Assembly: GCF_001997385.1 (NCBI RefSeq)
Contig: NZ_CP019633.1
Span: 1,770,001 to 1,802,000 of the forward strand
From: Sedimentisphaera cyanobacteriorum
GTDB taxonomy: Bacteria; Planctomycetota; Phycisphaerae; Sedimentisphaerales; Sedimentisphaeraceae
Direction of reading: 5' to 3'
Length of the DNA: 32,000 nucleotides
Each line of letters begins with the position of its first letter. Within the stretch, counting starts at the first letter, position 1. The position numbers and the translations under genes are program-made. Positions 25,710 through 32,000 of this stretch are shown piece after piece. Under the pieces are notes generated by a model. It searched no databases, was not told where the DNA came from, and worked only from the letters and a program-made list of their open reading frames with translations.

Positions 25710-26256
25710 CAGGGTGAACCCTTTGCATCCGAGCGAAGCGAGGACCGAATTTAAAAATTTGAGATGGATATGAGTCAGGAATTGAAAACGCTTCATAACT
25801 TTTTTGGTGCAAACAAACAACGAAATCCTTGACACCGTTTTGTCTCCACTCGCATGTTTTTTTGCTAGCTATATGCACCCGAAAAAATCTGCGATAAAAG
25901 CCAAAAAACACAGATTGATAAAAATTTTTTAAGAAAATAGTATTTAATAGCCGGATGCTTTAATTGGGGGTAAGGGGGGATAAAAAGCTACAGCCTGAAA
26001 CAATATAGACCGTGTGTGCAGTGTTCTCTTTTTTTTGTCAAAATTCAGAGGGGGGATAGGGCTTTGAGGTAAGGCGAAGCGGCAGCGGCTCTATCGCGCA
26101 CGCGCGTAGAAATTTGTAGAAAAGAGACTCCTTTTTCAGTCAGAATCTTAGCCACGCCCCCCGCCGGTGTTTGCGATACTACCGGTACATAGGCCGTCTG
26201 CCGAGAGATAAGATTTTTCGGTTTAATTGAATAGTGGTGAGGTTCAATGAAAATTG

Positions 26257-26284
26257 TTGCCAAATGTCCTAAAGTGCGTATAAT
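26257..26284 (+). promoter_or_regulatory. Candidate promoter of the PLD-SNF2/MTase operon
   Basis: TTGCCA (26257-26262), 16-nt spacer, TATAAT (26279-26284), about 165 nt upstream of ATG 26450. Sequence match only. Confidence 0.45.
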
Positions 26285-26309
26285 ATCACTTCAAAAAGAT
26301 ACGTCAGGG

Positions 26310-26438
26310 ATGATAAATGCTAGAAAATACTTGAAGGATTGAAGACACAAGAATATGCCTGCTAATGAGGCTTGACGCTTGTGGAAGTTCCGCAAGAAGG
26401 AAGTTGACAAATGGATCGAGTCAGGTAAAGCAGTTTAA
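26310..26438 (+). pseudogene. Decayed excisionase/AlpA-type HTH (HTH_17-like) ORF with two in-frame TGA codons
   Basis: A single frame reads MINARKYLKD*RHKNMPANEA*RLWKFRKKEVDKWIESGKAV*. The last 20 aa match the C-terminal (G)R.WRFRK.E.D.W motif of excisionase-type HTH proteins. The N-terminal HTH part is shortened and interrupted. Confidence 0.4.
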
Positions 26439-26449
26439 TTGAGGACGAA

Positions 26450-29400
26450 ATGGCAAAGAAATTACCGGTCATAATAGACAATCGCAGCGGCAACACCGTA
26501 TTACAGGCACTTCAAAAACTTCTGCCTAATCTTCAGAAAATGGATATTGCTACTGGTGTTTTTGAGGTAGGCTCACTTTTGCATTTGGAGGGCCTATGGC
26601 AAGAGTTAGATAAAATCCGCATTATGATGGGAAATGAGACTACGAAAACCACTAAAAAAGTAATTATCGAAGGTCTTTTGAAAACCTCTGATGAGAGTAT
26701 TGAGCAGGAAAAGCAACGTGATGATGCTCTAACAGGACTTGCAGCTGTCCGGGAAGCTATTTCAAATAAACAAATTGTCCTGAAAACCTATTCCAAAGCC
26801 AAATTTCACGCCAAATCATACTTAATGGAATCCAAAGAGGTCAGCCCTGTCGATTTTGCTATTGTCGGCAGCTCAAATTTTACTCGACCGGGGTTAACGG
26901 AAAACCTTGAGCTTAACCTCTTTAGTACTGACCAAGCCCATATTGAGGGTCTGAGGAGCTGGTATGATCAAGTTTGGAAAGAAGGTGAGGATGTCAGTCC
27001 TGAGATTATTAACGTAATTGCCCCACACCTGAAAGAATACGCTCCATTCACGGCTTATGCTAAAGCTCTCTATGAATTTTTCGCTGGCCGTGAAAAAAGT
27101 CAAGATGAATGGGAACTTACCGAGTCGGTATTGTATTCCAGGCTTTCCCAATACCAAAAGGACGGCTATCATCAGGCGCTTCAGATAGCGGACAGATGGG
27201 GAGGTTCACTTGTTTGTGACGGTGTTGGTCTCGGAAAAACATTTATAGGTTTGATGATATTGGAGCGATGTCTTCACGAAGATCAAAGAATACTCTTGAT
27301 TGTTCCAAAATCCGCAGAAGAAAGTGTTTGGCGAGCTAACATACAGCGGTATTTAAAACCACATTATGCGATAGAATTAAATGAGCGACTCAGAATAGAA
27401 AGACATACAAGTTTTGGTCGTGAAGGACTGATTAATGAGGACTGGCTTAACTATTACCGCAAACGTTCAGATGTAATCATCATGGATGAAGCCCACCATT
27501 TCCGCAATCCTCGAACTAACCGCGGGCAGCTATTTATGGATTTAGCTGCTGATAAGAAGCTCTATATGCTCACGGCAACACCGATCAATAATTCTCTCGA
27601 TGATTTATACCACTTGATTAATTATTTCGCGCAGGGCAAAAAAGACCACTTCTCCAGCATTCGTATTCAAAACCTTAGAGGCCATTTTCTTGACGCTGAG
27701 AAGCGGATGGAGAAAAAACATCCCGAAACAGAAGTTGCTGAAATAGCTGAGGATGAAGATTTTCTCCGTACTGATGACTTACTGCGTAACGTCTTAATTC
27801 AGCGAAGCCGTAAATACGTTAAAAAATCAGAAGGTATTGATGGTGATGGGCCATTATTTCCTCAAAGACAAAAACCAAGGGTTGTTCATTATTCGCTGAA
27901 AAGCGTTTATGAAAGTTTATATGGCGAAATCAAAGAGGCGTTCGACAAGAAAAATCCATTCCTGTCTTTGGCAATATATAACACCTCAGCCTATCACAAA
28001 GACCCCGACAAACAGACAGCTGAGTACCAAAAGCTGGTAGTTGGCCTCATTCGAACATTATTGCTTAAACGGCTTGAAAGCTCATTCAAAGCTTTCGAGG
28101 CCAGCGTTGAAGATTTACTGGCCAAAATGGCACAATTCTTAAAATACTTTTCGCCCGGGCTATTCCAGGCATGGGAAACTAAAAATACGCGGTGGTGGAA
28201 ACTTGCCCAGAGCCATATAGTCGAAAGGCTTGAACTTAATGAAAAAGACACAGAAAACGAAGAAGAAGACGACATTCCTGAATTTGCTCAGGACTTCGAT
28301 CCTGACCAGCACGATATGGATAAGCTGATGGCTGATGTTGAAGAGGATATGGAACTGCTAACCAACTTCCTCAGTAAAATCTACAGACGTTTTTATATAA
28401 AAGGTAAAGAAGGCGAAGCCGAAGACCCGGAGAAAGACAGCAAGCTTCAAAACCTGCTTGCACTGTTCTCCGATGAGCCGCTGCTGAATAATCAAAAGGC
28501 CATCATATTCACTGAATTTAGAAATACTGCCCGATACCTGAAAGACCAGCTTACAAAAGCCGGCCTTGAAAATGTCGAGCAGGTTGACAGCGGCAGAAAT
28601 GTAACAAATCGCGAAATGGTAATCAAACGCTTCGCTCCTTACTATAACTGCGGCTTAGCTGATTCTCCTGATTTGCTTGGCCAGACCGAGCTTTCAAAAT
28701 GCCTGGATGATCCAATCGACATTCTCATTTCAACAGATGTTCTCTCTGAAGGCTTGAACCTCCAGGATGCCAGTCTAATTATCAATTATGACCTGCATTG
28801 GAATCCGGTTCGGCTGATGCAGCGTATAGGCCGTGTTGACAGGCGGCTTAATCCGGATATAGAAGAAATGCTTGATAGGCCCCCGGAGCTAAAACATAAA
28901 GTGTATTTCTGGAATTTTCTGCCGCCAAAGGAGCTTGAAGACTTACTGCACCTAAAGAAAAAACTGGATGGCAAGATATTGCGAATAAATAAAACGCTCG
29001 GTATCGAAGGTGCGCTGCTTACACCGGATGACCCCGATATGGCAATGAAACTTTTCAACGAGCGTTATGAAGGCAAAGAAACTATAGAAGAGCTGATGCG
29101 GCTGGAAAAACAGCGAATCGAAGCAGAAAACCCACAAATCTGGCAATCGCTCGAAAAACTCCCCAAACGCCTGTTCAGCGGCAAGAAAGCTGGTGCCGGT
29201 TTTGGTGCTATTGTCAATCGCAGAGGTGAGGAAATCGACCGCCTTGAACCGAATACCAAGCCCGGTTTATTTGCCTGCTACCGTATGCCGCCTATTATTG
29301 GAAAAGCGGCTGAGTATCTCGAAGAAGTCACCCAAGAAAAATACGACCCCGAAAAACACCCGCAGGGCGAGGTGAAATGGTATTTCCGGGACGACGAAAC

Positions 29401-29605
29401 CGGTAAAATCAGCGAGGTACTGGAAGAAACCTGGACGGCTGTCAGATGTGCTAAAGATACCGCCCGCACTGTTGAGCAGGGAGTAACCAAACTTGCCCCT
29501 GCCCGAAAAGATATAGAAAAACACATTAAAAATACCTACCTGAAAGACATACAGGCCCCGATAGGAGCAAAGCCGACTTTAATCTCATGGATGGAGATAA
29601 GCTGA
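26450..29605 (+). CDS. PLD-nuclease domain fused to SNF2-family (SF2) helicase/ATPase
   Basis: 1051 aa. N-terminal HKD motif (FHAKSYL ... GSSNFT; His codon at 26807). Helicase motif I DGVGLGKT (27218-27241) and motif II DEAH (27485-27496). Helicase_C region (LISTDVLSEGLNLQDAS..INYDLHWNPVRLMQRIGRVDR). Confidence 0.85.
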   Translation: MAKKLPVIIDNRSGNTVLQALQKLLPNLQKMDIATGVFEVGSLLHLEGLWQELDKIRIMMGNETTKTTKKVIIEGLLKTSDESIEQEKQRDDALTGLAAVREAISNKQIVLKTYSKAKFHAKSYLMESKEVSPVDFAIVGSSNFTRPGLTENLELNLFSTDQAHIEGLRSWYDQVWKEGEDVSPEIINVIAPHLKEYAPFTAYAKALYEFFAGREKSQDEWELTESVLYSRLSQYQKDGYHQALQIADRWGGSLVCDGVGLGKTFIGLMILERCLHEDQRILLIVPKSAEESVWRANIQRYLKPHYAIELNERLRIERHTSFGREGLINEDWLNYYRKRSDVIIMDEAHHFRNPRTNRGQLFMDLAADKKLYMLTATPINNSLDDLYHLINYFAQGKKDHFSSIRIQNLRGHFLDAEKRMEKKHPETEVAEIAEDEDFLRTDDLLRNVLIQRSRKYVKKSEGIDGDGPLFPQRQKPRVVHYSLKSVYESLYGEIKEAFDKKNPFLSLAIYNTSAYHKDPDKQTAEYQKLVVGLIRTLLLKRLESSFKAFEASVEDLLAKMAQFLKYFSPGLFQAWETKNTRWWKLAQSHIVERLELNEKDTENEEEDDIPEFAQDFDPDQHDMDKLMADVEEDMELLTNFLSKIYRRFYIKGKEGEAEDPEKDSKLQNLLALFSDEPLLNNQKAIIFTEFRNTARYLKDQLTKAGLENVEQVDSGRNVTNREMVIKRFAPYYNCGLADSPDLLGQTELSKCLDDPIDILISTDVLSEGLNLQDASLIINYDLHWNPVRLMQRIGRVDRRLNPDIEEMLDRPPELKHKVYFWNFLPPKELEDLLHLKKKLDGKILRINKTLGIEGALLTPDDPDMAMKLFNERYEGKETIEELMRLEKQRIEAENPQIWQSLEKLPKRLFSGKKAGAGFGAIVNRRGEEIDRLEPNTKPGLFACYRMPPIIGKAAEYLEEVTQEKYDPEKHPQGEVKWYFRDDETGKISEVLEETWTAVRCAKDTARTVEQGVTKLAPARKDIEKHIKNTYLKDIQAPIGAKPTLISWMEIS

Positions 29606-29606
29606 T

Positions 29607-32000
29607 ATGACCCCGCTGGATATAGATAGAATAAGACAGGTTGATGATTTTGAATCGCTTGTTGTGTTTTTACGAGATGAGCTTGAATGGCCGCTGCAAG
29701 CAGAAGATATTGAAGACCTTTCATTTGATTATGAACCCGAAGAACTCGGCATATCAGATGAAGTCGCCGTCAAGATAAACTATATAAAACAGCTTCGGCC
29801 ATTGGCAGATAATCAGCCGTGGGGCATTTTTTATATCGACTTTGAACCGAAAAAGCTGCCTGTGGTGGTGCTTCGCAGAGTACTTCAAAAACTGGTAATC
29901 AAAAAGCGTTCAACCTCACAGAAATCAAACATGCCCGGTTGGCAGATGAATGACTTGCTTTTCATCAATTCTTTTGGCCAGCAGGACCAAAGGGAAATCA
30001 CTTTTGCTCATTTCAGGCAGGAAGATGATAATCAACTTCCGACATTGAAAGTTATTGGCTGGGATGGACAGGATACTCCGCTTCATCTTGACCGCTGCCA
30101 AAATGAATTGGGCCACCTAAGATTTGATCCTGACACCGATGCCGAAACATGGCGAACAAACTGGTCGACGGCGTTCACAACTACACACAGACATACTATC
30201 AGCACTTCTAAGAAGTTGGCACAGGAACTTGCCGAATTGGCGAAAATAGTGCGAGTGAACGCAGAACACATCCTCAAATATGAAACCGAGGGCGGGCGAT
30301 TCAAAAAAGCAATGGCAAAATTCAAAACCGCCCTGATTCACGATCTGACCGAAGAAGATTTTGCCGATATGTACGCTCAGACCATCGCTTACGGCCTGCT
30401 TTATACCGCTATCCGCAGTCACGTCTCCGGCGAAGCGAACGCGGTTTCCACTGAACGCGTCCAGCAGCTTGTCCTGCCAACTAATCCATTTCTAAAAGAA
30501 GTGATGGAGGGCTTTTTCAATATCGGTGCTCGTAAATGGGATTCTGAAAAGGAGATGATAACCGGCATTGAGTTTGATGAACTGGGTATCAATGAAATCA
30601 TCAGCACCTTAAAGGACGAGAGAACAGATTTCGATGCTATCCTGCGGGACTTCGGCAACAAAAACCCAAACGAAGACCCCGTTATTCACTTCTATGAGCT
30701 TTTTCTCAAAGAATACGATGCCCTTAAGCGAAAATCCAGAGGTGTCTATTATACCCCTCAGCCGGTTGTATCTTTTATTGTCAGAAGTGTTGACCAAGTC
30801 TTAAAACGTGATTTTAAACTGCCGCTCGGCCTTGCCGATACTACAACCTGGGGACAGATGCACAAAAATAATCCTGATATTAAGATTCCTGACGGGGTAA
30901 GTGAGGATGATTTCTTCGTGCAGATTCTCGACCCTGCTTTAGGGACCGGTACTTTCCTTGTCGAGACAATAGATTTAATTCACAAGACAATGATCGAAAC
31001 CTGGCAAGACAAGGGTAAAAATGAAGAAGAAATCAAACAGCTATGGAATCAATATGTACCGGATTGCCTGCTGCCGCGTCTTTACGGTTTTGAACTTATG
31101 ATGGCTCCGTATGCCATTGCCCATATGAAAATCGGAATCAAACTCTTTGAAACCGGCTATCAGAATTTTCAGCAGGATAACCAACGCGTCCGTGTTTATC
31201 TTACCAATACGCTCGAAGAACCTGTCGATACCACCGAATATCTTGCCACCCTTGACCCTGCTATGGCTGAAGAAACCCGTCAGGCAAATGAAGTTAAAAA
31301 GAAAGACTCAATCACGGTAGTTATTGGAAACCCCCCATACTCCGGTTTATCGTTTAATATGAATTCGTGGATAGACGGTTTACTAAAGGGTCAAATCCCT
31401 AACGGTCCCAAAGTTCGCAGTTATTATGAAGTTGATGGTCAGCCTTTGGGCGAAAGAAAACTTTGGCTTCAGGATGATTATGTTAAATTCATTCGTTATA
31501 GCCAATTTCGTTTAGATAATACTGGCATTGGAGTTATGGGCCTGATTACCAACCACGCCTATCTTGATAATCCAACATTTAGAGGTATGAGACAGGCATT
31601 GCTGGAAAGTTTTGACATTCTGAATTTCGTAGATTTACACGGTAACGCCAAGAAAACAGAAGTGCCTCCAGAAGGTTTAGCTAATGAAAATGTCTTTGAT
31701 ATTCAACAGGGTGTAGGTGTTTGCCTACTAAGAAATACTCAAAAAACAGATCAATCACACGTTTCTTATGCAAGCTTTTGGGGAAGCCGTGAAAACAAAT
31801 ACACCCTTTCTCTGAAGAATACAACTTATACCGTAGATTGTGATAGGCTATCACCTAATTCTCCATACTATTTCTTTGTTCCCAGAGATGAAGACAATCG
31901 TGATGAATATGAAAATTGCTATAAGATTAACGATATTATGGCAGTTAATGTTACCGGAATTGTTACCGCAAGAGATGAGTTTGTAATCGATTTTGACAGC
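29607..32000 (+). CDS. Large N6-adenine DNA methyltransferase (type IIG/DrmMI/PglX-like), 3' end outside window
   Basis: Not in the ORF track because no stop is reached. I translated it by hand: ATG 29607 lies 1 nt after the SNF2 TGA and the frame is open for 798 codons to the window end. Motifs: RGVYYTP, motif I DPALGTGTF (30930-30956), motif IV NPPY (31329-31340). A ~300-aa N-terminal region was not recognised. Confidence 0.85.
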   Translation, partial: MTPLDIDRIRQVDDFESLVVFLRDELEWPLQAEDIEDLSFDYEPEELGISDEVAVKINYIKQLRPLADNQPWGIFYIDFEPKKLPVVVLRRVLQKLVIKKRSTSQKSNMPGWQMNDLLFINSFGQQDQREITFAHFRQEDDNQLPTLKVIGWDGQDTPLHLDRCQNELGHLRFDPDTDAETWRTNWSTAFTTTHRHTISTSKKLAQELAELAKIVRVNAEHILKYETEGGRFKKAMAKFKTALIHDLTEEDFADMYAQTIAYGLLYTAIRSHVSGEANAVSTERVQQLVLPTNPFLKEVMEGFFNIGARKWDSEKEMITGIEFDELGINEIISTLKDERTDFDAILRDFGNKNPNEDPVIHFYELFLKEYDALKRKSRGVYYTPQPVVSFIVRSVDQVLKRDFKLPLGLADTTTWGQMHKNNPDIKIPDGVSEDDFFVQILDPALGTGTFLVETIDLIHKTMIETWQDKGKNEEEIKQLWNQYVPDCLLPRLYGFELMMAPYAIAHMKIGIKLFETGYQNFQQDNQRVRVYLTNTLEEPVDTTEYLATLDPAMAEETRQANEVKKKDSITVVIGNPPYSGLSFNMNSWIDGLLKGQIPNGPKVRSYYEVDGQPLGERKLWLQDDYVKFIRYSQFRLDNTGIGVMGLITNHAYLDNPTFRGMRQALLESFDILNFVDLHGNAKKTEVPPEGLANENVFDIQQGVGVCLLRNTQKTDQSHVSYASFWGSRENKYTLSLKNTTYTVDCDRLSPNSPYYFFVPRDEDNRDEYENCYKINDIMAVNVTGIVTARDEFVIDFDS

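Noticed and set aside
25966-26058. G-runs as a possible G-quadruplex or CRISPR-like repeat array
   Set aside because: Only three runs with irregular spacing of 3 and about 70 nt. There is no repeat-spacer periodicity and there are no cas genes.
26340-26375. Possibility that the two in-frame TGA codons of the excisionase-like ORF are decoded (alternative genetic code or selenocysteine)
   Set aside because: Several well-supported genes in the window (the BamB-like gene at 9352-9354, aroDE at 13113-13115, the FGE-domain gene at 25381-25383, the PLD-SNF2 gene at 29603-29605) terminate at TGA at the expected protein ends. No SECIS-like hairpin is evident. Decay is the simpler explanation.

Overview
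The window is a moderate-GC bacterial chromosome segment. A DUF1559/H-X9-DG-like domain, an ECF sigma/anti-sigma pair and an AroD-AroE fusion suggest a Planctomycetota/PVC-type organism, but this is inference only. Positions 1 to about 20.5 kb hold core genes: an SSF transporter, a polyprenyl-phosphate sugar transferase, leuS, purH, an aroD-aroE fusion, ispD, an ECF sigma/anti-sigma pair and feoAB. This part is interrupted by an IS3/IS407-group element (6328-7553), which truncated a RelE/ParE toxin gene, and by an IS5-family element (16340-17885) sitting 42 bp upstream of feoA. At 20518-20564 a displaced 3' half of tRNA-Lys(CUU), with its own terminator, marks the edge of a mosaic genomic island of at least 11.5 kb that runs off the window. 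The island contains a start-less ORF tail reading out of the tRNA fragment and a zinc-ribbon protein. It also carries an IS4-family element with a 9-bp target duplication inserted exactly at the start of a tyrosine integrase, which additionally has an in-frame TAG. Further along are a GC-rich secreted FGE-sulfatase-domain protein behind a G12 tract, a GIY-YIG protein and a decayed excisionase-like ORF. The island ends, as far as the window shows, with a translationally coupled PLD-SNF2 helicase plus N6-adenine DNA methyltransferase operon. That operon resembles class 1 DISARM or an unclassified helicase/MTase defence module and is the best candidate for an undescribed system. No rRNA, intact tRNA or CRISPR array was seen. 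All family assignments come from motif recognition by eye; no database search was run.
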